Of a stretch of DNA of 64,000 nucleotides, positions 20,357 through 28,999 are shown piece after piece; the stretch's first letter is position 1, and each line of letters begins with the position of its first letter. Position numbers and translations under genes: made by a program. Location of the stretch: positions 128,001 to 192,000 of the IMG/VR virus record IMGVR_UViG_3300045988_170943. One strand, 5' to 3'. This DNA comes from a virus. The notes below the pieces were generated by a model. The model searched no databases and was not told the origin of the DNA. It worked only from the letters and a program-made list of their open reading frames with translations.

Positions 20357-20893
20357 TACTCCCGTATGAAAGGACTCACAACATTGGCAACAATCATCAC
20401 CCCAGAAGACGGCACAGACCACAAGGTAGACCTGTTCCTCGCTGGCGGCATCACCAACTGCCCCGACTGGCAGACCGAGGTCACACACATGCTAACCCAC
20501 CTCGACATCAACATCGCCAACCCCAGACGCCCCTATGGGCTGGAGAAGACCGGAGACGAGGCGGCACGACAGATCTCCTGGGAGCACGAGATGCTGGACC
20601 GGGCAGCCGTCACCATGTTCTGGTTCCCGGCCGGAGCGACACAGCCCATCGCCCTGCTGGAACTGGGCAGGAAGATGACCCAGGACCGCCCACTTGTTGT
20701 CGGTACTGACCCCAACTATGAGCGGTCATTCGATGTGCGGCAGCAACTCTGGCTGGAGCGGCGAGAGAAGCCCTACCACCACCTGCCAGACACGGCCCTG
20801 GAGGCGGCGGAGGCGTGCTACAGGGTAAAGGGGAAGTGGCTGCCAGCAGACGCGGCAGTACACATCATGAAACGGGGTCTTAGTGAAAACTAG
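20357..20893 (+). CDS. Nucleoside 2-deoxyribosyltransferase-like (NDT/Rcl-fold) protein (ORF opens at 20288)
   Basis: DLFLAGGIT N-terminal motif and a ...AGATQPIALLELGRKMTQDRPLVV C-terminal motif resemble NDT-like Rossmann proteins; moderate. Confidence 0.4.
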   Translation, partial: YSRMKGLTTLATIITPEDGTDHKVDLFLAGGITNCPDWQTEVTHMLTHLDINIANPRRPYGLEKTGDEAARQISWEHEMLDRAAVTMFWFPAGATQPIALLELGRKMTQDRPLVVGTDPNYERSFDVRQQLWLERREKPYHHLPDTALEAAEACYRVKGKWLPADAAVHIMKRGLSEN

Positions 20894-20957
20894 CGCCTCG
20901 ACACCTGACTATCTCACACCTGCAACACGCCAGAACATTCCCCGAAGGAACCCGCCG

Positions 20958-21359
20958 ATGACTACACGAACACCACCTGCTGCCCCCATTGCGGTCGAGT
21001 GCGTCTCTATCACCGAGATCCCTGGCCGTGACGCGGTGACCGTTCTGAATGAGACCGTGTTCGGGCCGTTACGCTCCGACCCGAGACAGTTCACAGGCAT
21101 GCTGCGCTCATTTTGCACCATGGGGCGCGCCCAGTTAGCGGAGGACATCAGGCGCGCCCCAGCGGATGCACTCGTGCCAGTAAGTGGCGCGAATAGGCTG
21201 GCCGGGGCGGTGATGGAACTGAAACTGTGCCTGACTGAGGGTGGCGACTTTGTTCTCCTGACCCTGTTCGGCGGGAAAGCAGACCCGGCGACGACGTTGC
21301 GTGACGCCCTGGAGCACGCCATCAAGGTACTGAGCGTTGTTGAGGCGGAGTACTCCTGA
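20958..21359 (+). CDS. Hypothetical protein (ORF opens at 20883)
   Basis: ORF. Confidence 0.4.
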   Translation: MTTRTPPAAPIAVECVSITEIPGRDAVTVLNETVFGPLRSDPRQFTGMLRSFCTMGRAQLAEDIRRAPADALVPVSGANRLAGAVMELKLCLTEGGDFVLLTLFGGKADPATTLRDALEHAIKVLSVVEAEYS

Positions 21360-21534
21360 CCCCTGGCCCCCATGGGATCAGATGCTCAGGTCTCTCACAC
21401 CTAGGGCACTCGGATTCTCCCCTGCAAACTGGCTCAACAGGTGTTGACCCTTGCGGTTTGCGTGTACGTATAGTAAAATGCCTGCTAGAGCAACCATACC
21501 CACACCGAAACACCCAGAAAAGAGCCCGACGCCA

Positions 21535-21741
21535 ATGACCAGCAACCAGCCACCAGGCAGCATCTATGTCGTCATCAACGAGAACGGTGACATCAGGACT
21601 GGTGGCGGCTCATCCTCCCGGCCCGCAGTGCACGCCTACACCTCAGAGAAGGAAGCCCGCACCTATGTGAAACGGGCAATGAACTCTTACCGCCCTCCCA
21701 GATACAGGATCGTCGAGTACCGTCTCGCACCCCTGAAGTGA
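21535..21741 (+). CDS. Small hypothetical protein (ORF opens at 21451); a TTGACC...TATAGT promoter-like site lies at 21444-21474
   Basis: ORF with an upstream promoter-like hexamer pair. Confidence 0.35.
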   Translation: MTSNQPPGSIYVVINENGDIRTGGGSSSRPAVHAYTSEKEARTYVKRAMNSYRPPRYRIVEYRLAPLK

Positions 21742-21788
21742 AATACTACTAGGCCGGAAACCAGAGAGTGAAAAAGACAGGTATCTGA

Positions 21789-22466
21789 ATGGGCAAACAC
21801 GCACGAGACAACCACACTCCCCCCGCGACCGGGATTGGACTCACAGACATCATAAGCATTGACGACTCCCCGTCCGCGCGCGCATCTTTCGAGTCGCTAC
21901 TCACTCGAAGCATCAGGTACGTACTCAGGTCCATCCTGTACTTCTCCAACGACACTGCCGACGCCGTGTGCCTGTTCGTGAAGTTCGACCACGGTCAGCA
22001 GGTGCGTGTCATGCCCATGTTTCGGTACGGACGTGACCTGCTCAGTATCGACGAGGCGTCCGCAATCACCGGAACCAGCCAGGAGGAGATTGACAACTGG
22101 GTGGGCGGCTTCCTGGGAAACTACATCACAAAGGAACTCATACCCCTGTTCCGCACCTACCACAAGGCCGTACCGGAGTCTGTGTGGTGCTTCTACGACC
22201 TGACCGAGGAGCAGGACACGGGTGAGGATGCGCAGCACACACACCTGACCTGGCGTACCACCGACCTCGTTCCAGAGTACCCGCCCCATAGCAGTGCCGC
22301 CCCTTACCTGGCGAACGAGTGCACGAAAACAAACACCCCCAGAGATACCGGCTCAGACATCGATCATGGTGACATCGACGACGAGTTGCGCCAGTGGGTT
22401 CACCGCACCATGAAGGTACACCTAGGGCTCACAGAGTCAAGGTCGCCCCGAAGATACTCCAACTAG
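21789..22466 (+). CDS. Hypothetical protein (225 aa)
   Basis: ORF. Confidence 0.5.
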   Translation: MGKHARDNHTPPATGIGLTDIISIDDSPSARASFESLLTRSIRYVLRSILYFSNDTADAVCLFVKFDHGQQVRVMPMFRYGRDLLSIDEASAITGTSQEEIDNWVGGFLGNYITKELIPLFRTYHKAVPESVWCFYDLTEEQDTGEDAQHTHLTWRTTDLVPEYPPHSSAAPYLANECTKTNTPRDTGSDIDHGDIDDELRQWVHRTMKVHLGLTESRSPRRYSN

Positions 22467-22544
22467 AGTAGAACAGCCATCCTCGACCTGGCGCGAGGGT
22501 GCTTAGGGGCAGGTTGCTTCTAGAACCTTCTGGTATCTAAATTC

Positions 22545-22585
22545 GAAGGCCCTGAACACGCTGTGCTGATGCGTTCAGGGCCTTC
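22545..22585. terminator. Bidirectional terminator hairpin between convergent genes (gaaggccctgaac..gc / gc..gttcagggccttc)
   Basis: 15-bp imperfect inverted repeat seen directly between the 21789-22466 (+) and 22631-22822 (-) genes. Confidence 0.5.
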
Positions 22586-22630
22586 TCCTGACACTACTCC
22601 CGCTGCAATCACAGGAGAGCAGGGGAAAGG

Positions 22631-22822
22631 TTAATCCTCTTCCTCATCATACTCGCTCCAGGCCCCTACTGTGAAGACGCCTGAGGACCACCCCTTTGAC
22701 TCGCCATAGTCAAAGTCTCCATCATGGTAGACACCCGAGTCAAAGTCGTCCTCCGTGAGGTCTCTTGGGTCCACCCCCTGAAGGTTACGAAGGTACTTGT
22801 CCGTGTAATCGCGGCGGGCCAT
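22631..22822 (-). CDS. Small highly acidic protein (63 aa)
   Basis: ORF convergent with the upstream block. Confidence 0.35.
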   Translation of the reverse strand: MARRDYTDKYLRNLQGVDPRDLTEDDFDSGVYHDGDFDYGESKGWSSGVFTVGAWSEYDEEED

Positions 22823-22859
22823 CTAAATGCGCCTTTCCTTAGGTGTGTTGCCGGTTGTC

Positions 22860-24960
22860 CACTACTGGGGACCTACAGTCGTACCCGACTATATATCGCA
22901 AACACGCAGAAGTCAACCCCTTAAGAGAAATGTGAGCGCACTATCAGCATTCTTTAACACACCATTAAAGATATTCCGTTTCGTTACTTAACATGCGGGG
23001 AGACATGACTCACATATACGTTACGGTAAGATAGCGGGTCATGATAGACTGGACAACATGTTCTTGCAGATGAGGCAACTGGGTTTGAATACGGTCGCCC
23101 TGCCGCGTATTGGTTCTGGGGTGGGTGGCTGTTCTACTGTAGTCTGACGTTGTTACTATTTCTCTACCTGTACTGGCGTGCTTTATTGATCCTGTGTTAA
23201 GATGCACACGTACTACTTCTTTGAGGGAGGCTCACCGGATGCAGTCTAAGACTGTTGTGTCTCGCACGTATCCTCGTAGACCGTATGCTGCGTTCAGTAA
23301 GAGTGGTGAGCCTCTGGATCTCAAGGAGGTTCTGGATGGTATCAGGCGGGATGTGGAACTGGTCTCCTACTATGCTCTGCAAGAGATGACGGAGCAGAAC
23401 CTTGCCCTGGTGATCTACTTCGACAAGTACAAGCCCGCCGAGGCTGGGCGAAGGATGGGACTGTACCTCCCCAGTGAGGTGAAGAAACAATTCAAGAGCG
23501 GCAGTTCCAGATTGGAACGTATGTTCAGAGAACAGGTAGTCGTCAATTTGAGATCCTGGGCCGCCCGAGTCAATGCCACTAACAGGACGTATGATGGTTA
23601 TATTTCGGCCGGGTGGAGGAGAACAGTCAGGAACTCCAAGCCGTCATCTATGCAACCTAGGTTGGCCCTGTCTGCTACAGATAAGGGCTATCACAAGAAC
23701 TTCAGTGTCACACCAGAACGTATCTCTCTTGACATGGTTGTCCAGGGGCGATGGGTGACCTTGCACTTCCCGACACCACCGCAGTTGTTGGAGGATAGTT
23801 GTGAGCCGGGCGTGCCGGACATCTGGGTTAACAAGAACAACAGGGTCATGTTCGGATTCCATGGGAAAACTAATCCAGGTAGGCCGGAGTTCTCCAGCCG
23901 CTATGTTGTTGGCGTGGACGTCGGGGTGACTAACCCGGCTGCTTATGTGGTCTGGGATACCAAGAACAAGGAGATTGTTGAGCAGTCCCTACTTGGGCAG
24001 CGCTCCAGATCGCTGAGTAACAAGATCAAACGCGGGATCAGACAGGTCGCCTCCCTGAAGAGAAAGGGGAGAGATGAGGAGGCCGCTCTTCACAGGACTC
24101 ATCTGTCTAATCGCCGTAAGGAACTGAGCATTCTCGTTGCTCAGGAGATCGCGGACGCGGCCTGGAGGCACGGCAATGCTCTGGTAGTGTTCGAGGATCT
24201 GAGCCATATTAAGAACACCATGAAGTTCGGTCGCTGGTTCAGGGGTGAGGTGTACAGGCGTACTCGGGACATGGTTGAAGCCGACGGCGGCAGGGTCCTC
24301 AAAGTCAATGCGGCCTACACCTCGAAGAGATGTCATGTCTGCCAGTCTGACCTGGACATGAGCGACTACAGTAGCCCCGTGTGTCACTCATGCGACATTA
24401 CCCACCACCGAGACATCAACGCGGCGGCGAACATCGCCCAGCGAGCCAACCATGAGAAGGCGTGCCAAACACGGAAGCGGCACACCACGAAGACGAAGTG
24501 TGTTCGCCGCTCCAAGTGCCGTACGAGACCGCTGAAGCATCCTGGTACGAAGAACCGGCCGACTCCTAAGGCGCCCCAGAACAGACCGAAAACTCTTGTT
24601 TGCTCACCTATCCCTAAGATGGAGGTGAGCAAGGGAATGTGCCCCGCAGAGTCTAGGGTTTCTGCGGTGGACCACGATACGTGGTTTCAGACAACCAGCG
24701 GCACGACGAATCCGAAGGAGAACCTATCTGTTGCAAGTGCAGTAGATGTGGTTTATCTCAAGGAATAGTCATACGCTTGCACTGGGATGAGGTGCTTTAT
24801 ACGATCAAGGAGGCGGCGAAACTACACCCTGGTATTGACGTTGAGGTGTGGGAGTTCTCCGTCAGGTGACCGTCCCTGAACACCCTACTAACATCAGGGC
24901 GGCCTGGGACACCAAACGTCGATATATCATGGTTGACAGGTGATCGGTCGAGACTCACAA
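22860..24960 (+). mobile_element. Solo tnpB (IS605/IS1341-like) element; the ends are not resolvable from sequence alone, so the extent is approximate. An AT-rich segment at 22860-23200 may carry the left end
   Basis: tnpB with no adjacent tnpA; AT-rich upstream patch; the ORF's 3' region probably carries the omega/reRNA. Confidence 0.4.
23194..24768 (+). CDS. tnpB: TnpB (OrfB) RuvC-like RNA-guided nuclease. It has the VGVDVGVTNP RuvC-I segment, a ...FEDLSHIK RuvC-II segment, a CHVCQ...CHSCD zinc finger and HRDINAAANIA RuvC-III, followed by an unusual C-terminal extension of about 115 aa that is basic and Cys/Arg/Lys-rich. The probable start is ATG 23239
   Basis: All RuvC split motifs and the Zn finger read directly. 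Confidence 0.85.
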   Translation: MLRCTRTTSLREAHRMQSKTVVSRTYPRRPYAAFSKSGEPLDLKEVLDGIRRDVELVSYYALQEMTEQNLALVIYFDKYKPAEAGRRMGLYLPSEVKKQFKSGSSRLERMFREQVVVNLRSWAARVNATNRTYDGYISAGWRRTVRNSKPSSMQPRLALSATDKGYHKNFSVTPERISLDMVVQGRWVTLHFPTPPQLLEDSCEPGVPDIWVNKNNRVMFGFHGKTNPGRPEFSSRYVVGVDVGVTNPAAYVVWDTKNKEIVEQSLLGQRSRSLSNKIKRGIRQVASLKRKGRDEEAALHRTHLSNRRKELSILVAQEIADAAWRHGNALVVFEDLSHIKNTMKFGRWFRGEVYRRTRDMVEADGGRVLKVNAAYTSKRCHVCQSDLDMSDYSSPVCHSCDITHHRDINAAANIAQRANHEKACQTRKRHTTKTKCVRRSKCRTRPLKHPGTKNRPTPKAPQNRPKTLVCSPIPKMEVSKGMCPAESRVSAVDHDTWFQTTSGTTNPKENLSVASAVDVVYLKE

Positions 24961-24967
24961 AGGATAG

Positions 24968-25390
24968 TTGGCGCGCATGTATGAGATAGAGGAAGGCACT
25001 GTTGTCGTCGAGTGTGACGGCAGGGTGCTGGCATGGTCTGACGGGGTGTTCACTGGGGACAAGGAGATGCAGAGGTATGCGGCCTTGGCGATCTCCACGA
25101 AGTCCATTGTGACGCTTGAGGGAGCACTGGAGGTGGAGTGCGACGGGGAGACGGCTCTGGGTGCGCTTGGTGCCATGTTCGTGTTCTGCCCTGGCCGTAC
25201 CCATGTTGTCGAGTGTCCTGCCTATGTGAAGGCCCTCCTGGCTAGTGCGCGTACACTGGTCGATTCTGAGGACCCGTCAGCATGGGGCGAACCCGATGAA
25301 GACGACGACAGCCTCGACGACACTGGCCTTAAACCAGACTCCAAGGTTTCTGAGGTCGTTACTGGCTCCACTGAGGGGGATGTTGCCTGA
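24968..25390 (+). CDS. Hypothetical acidic protein (140 aa)
   Basis: ORF; its stop and the next gene's start overlap as TGATG. Confidence 0.5.
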   Translation: MARMYEIEEGTVVVECDGRVLAWSDGVFTGDKEMQRYAALAISTKSIVTLEGALEVECDGETALGALGAMFVFCPGRTHVVECPAYVKALLASARTLVDSEDPSAWGEPDEDDDSLDDTGLKPDSKVSEVVTGSTEGDVA

Positions 25391-27048
25391 TGTGCAGGTC
25401 CATTGAACAGGGTGGTAGGCGTTGCCCTTGCGGTCAGCCGGAGCGTCGTGCAGCGTACCGTCGGGCGCTGAAAGCCAGACGTAAGGCAGAAGCCATGTTG
25501 CAGGTGGCTGTGACCGTCAGCGACACCCCAACAGGCGGCTCCGGGGGCTTGTCGGGAGGGGCCTCCGCGTCAGCAGATGATCTGGTGGACCCGAGTACGC
25601 CAGCGGGCACTGCCACAGATTCAGTAGACGCCACAGGCGTTAGCACTAATGCCGGGTTGACACCACAGGAGAAGTACGCGACATTCGAGTCCGTCAAGGA
25701 ACTGCTCGCCACCCCAGACCGGGACAAGGTGATCGAGGAGTTCGGTGGCGAGGTCAACTTCACCACCCACATTGGTAGCGTTATCGCCGGTGAGGCCATG
25801 GCTCGCGCTGGTATCAACGTTGAGGAGGTGCCCGCCCTCAACCAGCAGTACAAAGAGGACCTGAACAGGCGACGTAAGGAACTCAACGCGGAGCAGGATG
25901 CCGCACTGGACACTATTGCGGAGTTGCGTGCGGCCGCAGAAGACAGGCTAGACCCATACGCCAGGATGAACCCGAAAGAGGTCCGTGAGGCCGCCAAGAA
26001 CGAACCTGAGGTGGTGGCCGCCAGGGAGCACTACGAGAAGTTGTTCAACGAGCACGAGGCCGTCATGAATGAGATCATGAGAGGCGGCGACTACGGACGG
26101 GAGACGATGAAGAAGGCGTCTGACGCCTACATGGAGGTTCTTCAGGAGGTGCGCCCGTTCGGCGGGGACCACGACTGGCACCCCAACAGCCCAAAGAAGG
26201 ACGTGAAAACGTTCAACAATGCTCTTAGACACTACCCGTCCGACTGGATCAGGGCCTCCGCAAAAGACGACTACAAACCTAAGGTAAAGACCACGAAGGT
26301 GCGAGCCCACTACAAGGCCAGGGCGAAACAGACATCCAGGAAGAAGATACCTGTCACCACTATCATAGGCAGAAACGACAGGCCGTCCCCTTCCATCATC
26401 CCCATGCTCAACGCTGACGGGACACCCGTACTTCAGGAGGTCACTGGCCCTGGTGGCGTTGGCATACAGATGGCGCCTGTCGGCCAGTTGGCTACAGTCA
26501 AGAGCACCCTGGTGTCAGCAGAGTGCACAGACGAGTACATGAAGACCATCAAACCAGCCGGTAAGGGGTGGAGCCTGTACCGTGACGAGAACGTAGTGTG
26601 CTGGCGTCGCCCTATGGAGGAGTACCAGACCCGCATATACAGTGCACCGGAACTTCTCACCACAGACAACAAGCGGGAGACCATGCCTGGGGTCACTGAC
26701 CGCGACTCCAAGGCTGTACACGAACTGGCCCACAGGTTCGAGCACGTTAACCCGAAGATCAAGGCCCTGGAGGACGAGTACCTTCGCAGCCGCCTCACCA
26801 AGGATGACCGTCTGGAGCCCATTTACGAGACGTTTGAGGAGGACGACGAGAAGGAGGTTGGTTACCGTGATCACTTCCTGCACCACTACATGGGCAAGGT
26901 GTACGAGGATGGATCCAGAGAGATCATGTCTATGGGTATGGAGGGCCTGTTCGGTGGCCAGTCTGGTGGCCTGATCGGCTTAAGTAATGATGGTAAGGCG
27001 GACACTGGGATGCGTGATTTTGTTCTTGGGACACTCGCGTGGAGGTAA
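25390..27048 (+). CDS. Hypothetical 552-aa protein with an N-terminal Cys-rich knuckle (CRSIEQGGRRCPCG), a long acidic/basic middle and a C-terminal HEXXH (AVHELAHRFEH), i.e. a zincin-like metallopeptidase signature similar to the DUF4157 type
   Basis: HEXXH read directly; family assignment tentative. Confidence 0.5.
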   Translation: MCRSIEQGGRRCPCGQPERRAAYRRALKARRKAEAMLQVAVTVSDTPTGGSGGLSGGASASADDLVDPSTPAGTATDSVDATGVSTNAGLTPQEKYATFESVKELLATPDRDKVIEEFGGEVNFTTHIGSVIAGEAMARAGINVEEVPALNQQYKEDLNRRRKELNAEQDAALDTIAELRAAAEDRLDPYARMNPKEVREAAKNEPEVVAAREHYEKLFNEHEAVMNEIMRGGDYGRETMKKASDAYMEVLQEVRPFGGDHDWHPNSPKKDVKTFNNALRHYPSDWIRASAKDDYKPKVKTTKVRAHYKARAKQTSRKKIPVTTIIGRNDRPSPSIIPMLNADGTPVLQEVTGPGGVGIQMAPVGQLATVKSTLVSAECTDEYMKTIKPAGKGWSLYRDENVVCWRRPMEEYQTRIYSAPELLTTDNKRETMPGVTDRDSKAVHELAHRFEHVNPKIKALEDEYLRSRLTKDDRLEPIYETFEEDDEKEVGYRDHFLHHYMGKVYEDGSREIMSMGMEGLFGGQSGGLIGLSNDGKADTGMRDFVLGTLAWR

Positions 27049-27081
27049 CTGCTTGAACACAAGATGACGCATAGGATGCAA

Positions 27082-27142
27082 GTAGCCGGGCCAGGAAGAC
27101 CTTTCAAAGGGTGCGACCTGGACCGGCTACTTGTTTGCTCTT
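27082..27142 (+). terminator. Intrinsic terminator: 14-bp stem gtagccgggccagg / cctggaccggctac followed by TTGTTTGCTCTT
   Basis: Inverted repeat plus T tract immediately after the stop of the 25390-27048 gene, at a convergent junction. Confidence 0.55.
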
Positions 27143-27233
27143 AATCGACCACCACGGCGACTACACCATCAACATCGAGCACATAACGTCGAACGCACCC
27201 ACTCTCCCCCATGCACTCGCGTATTTCCACGAT

Positions 27234-27908
27234 CTACCAGCGGTTGCCGTCGTCAATGGCCGACCCGATGGCATTCTCCCCATAGATGCCGGTCCTCGGG
27301 ATCCACACCAAGGCGCCCGCGTACATGATGAACAAGGCTGCGATACTCAGCCAGTTCGACCACGTGAACCAGTTCTCCACTGGCACATACGACATGAGGG
27401 TGATGGTTTGCGATGTCAGCCAGGCGTCCAGCATGAGGAAGATGACGTTTGCACCACCAGCAACAACGAGGGTGACGACATCCGACTGGGCGAACCGGAA
27501 CACGAACCTGAACAGGCGAAACACGAAAAACGTCACATACCGGAAAGCCCCGAAGATCAGAAGGATCAGGAGAGCGGAGACAACCCATGCGGCCAGGTTA
27601 CTAGTGCTGAACCACCCTGTTTGCAGATAGTGGCCGAGGGTGAGGATTCCGAACTCTGCCAGGTGGTACCCTCCGACAGCGACACTGGCGACGAGGAGAG
27701 TGATCATGATCCACATGGTTGTCTTCACGGCCGGGCTAGAGGTGAACGGACGCCTGGTTTCCTCCTCGTACTGGGTGGGGATAATGGCAGTGTCCTGGCG
27801 GTTGAGGTGGGTCATTGACGTGCTCTTTCCTGATTGACGAAGACGGGTCACGTACTGGCAGGTCCCTGGAATATCCCTGGGTGATATTGGCAGCCGCCAG
27901 GGAAACAT
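27234..27908 (-). CDS. Polytopic membrane protein (about 4 TM helices; likely start is the internal ATG near 27815)
   Basis: Strongly hydrophobic helices; the antisense + strand ORF is low-complexity and rejected. Confidence 0.5.
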   Translation of the reverse strand: MFPWRLPISPRDIPGTCQYVTRLRQSGKSTSMTHLNRQDTAIIPTQYEEETRRPFTSSPAVKTTMWIMITLLVASVAVGGYHLAEFGILTLGHYLQTGWFSTSNLAAWVVSALLILLIFGAFRYVTFFVFRLFRFVFRFAQSDVVTLVVAGGANVIFLMLDAWLTSQTITLMSYVPVENWFTWSNWLSIAALFIMYAGALVWIPRTGIYGENAIGSAIDDGNRW

Positions 27909-28174
27909 AGTCTCACCTGGTCAAAGTTCATCCTGAATATGAGTAGGAGTAGGCTATGGTTACACTTCCCTGGTGGGGTTACGCGCTCGGAATAGGTCTG
28001 GGAATTGTGCTTATCGGATGGGGTTTCCTGTCTAACGCAAAGAAGAAGGACGATGAGGATTGACGTGTGACCCCAACCCTGTGGGGTGAAGGCCCGGAGG
28101 TACGGTATTGACGGCACACCTCCGGGCCTTTCTCTGTCCTCATCTTGTTCGACGGCGGATGTGGCTGTCATCTG

Positions 28175-28807
28175 TCACTGACCACCTTCGCCCCCTTGCT
28201 CAACGCTGTTAGTGTCGTCGTTGCTACTGGGCTCGTTTGTGTGCCTCTTGAGTTTGTCCGCACCATGACGCAACCACTCCTCAGCCTGGTCTCGGCTCTT
28301 CCTGGCGGTGTCCTTCGCTGAGTCCCACGCATCACCCAGAGGGCCGCTACTCTCGCCATCTTGGCCGCCAGTGCCGCCGCCGTTAACTTCTCCCTGTTGG
28401 GACGTTCCTCCTGGGACACCTGTGGGCTCTTCCTGGGGCCCGGAGTCACCTGTCGCGCCCACTGTACCGTCCTGGGTGGCCGAGTCGTCTCGTTGGCTCT
28501 CGGTGGCTACTGGGGGCTTGTCAGCACCGGCTGCTGCCTTGTCGTCTGGTTGTGTGCCCACCCCATGGTTACCTCCTGGTGCCGGATCCATGGAAGATGA
28601 TGACGCGGTTGACGATGAGGCGGCAGGTGTCTCCTTATGTGTCACAGCCCACTTTCCCGCATACCAGAGACCTTGCCCCATCCCGGCCAGGAAGAATAGG
28701 CCCAGGATAACAGCGCACCCCTGGATAAGACGTATCGTCATCTGATCCAACCGCTGTGCGTCCCAGGTGTCATCAACGTCACTGTGGTGGATGATTGGCT
28801 GATCCAT
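28175..28807 (-). CDS. Single-pass membrane protein with a long Gly/Asp/Thr-rich disordered tail
   Basis: ORF with an N-terminal TM segment (AVILGLFFLAGM). Confidence 0.4.
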   Translation of the reverse strand: MDQPIIHHSDVDDTWDAQRLDQMTIRLIQGCAVILGLFFLAGMGQGLWYAGKWAVTHKETPAASSSTASSSSMDPAPGGNHGVGTQPDDKAAAGADKPPVATESQRDDSATQDGTVGATGDSGPQEEPTGVPGGTSQQGEVNGGGTGGQDGESSGPLGDAWDSAKDTARKSRDQAEEWLRHGADKLKRHTNEPSSNDDTNSVEQGGEGGQ

Positions 28808-28999
28808 ACTCGGGTGCCTTCCTGCCTGACTTTTCGTGACGGTTGTATCGCAAGTAGAGTGGAAAAGACGGCTAGGGTCTTATTCAGCGCCCTCGTCTTA
28901 GAGATAGCATACTACAGGTCCGTCGTGAGCATGGGTGACGGCCGGGGCGGAGAGGGACCCATCGGGTAACCCATTCTTCGCCCCAGCCATCACGTTTGA

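Noticed and set aside
27111-27818. 235-aa + strand ORF overlapping the 27234-27908 minus-strand gene
   Set aside because: Asp/Glu/His low-complexity translation, whereas the minus-strand frame encodes four clean TM helices; it would also run through the terminator at 27082-27142.
27955-28035. Possible 26-aa hydrophobic peptide ORF with an AGGAG RBS
   Set aside because: On exact reading the frame stops after 26 codons (MVTLPWWGYALGIGLGIVLIGWGFPV); too short and unsupported to call.
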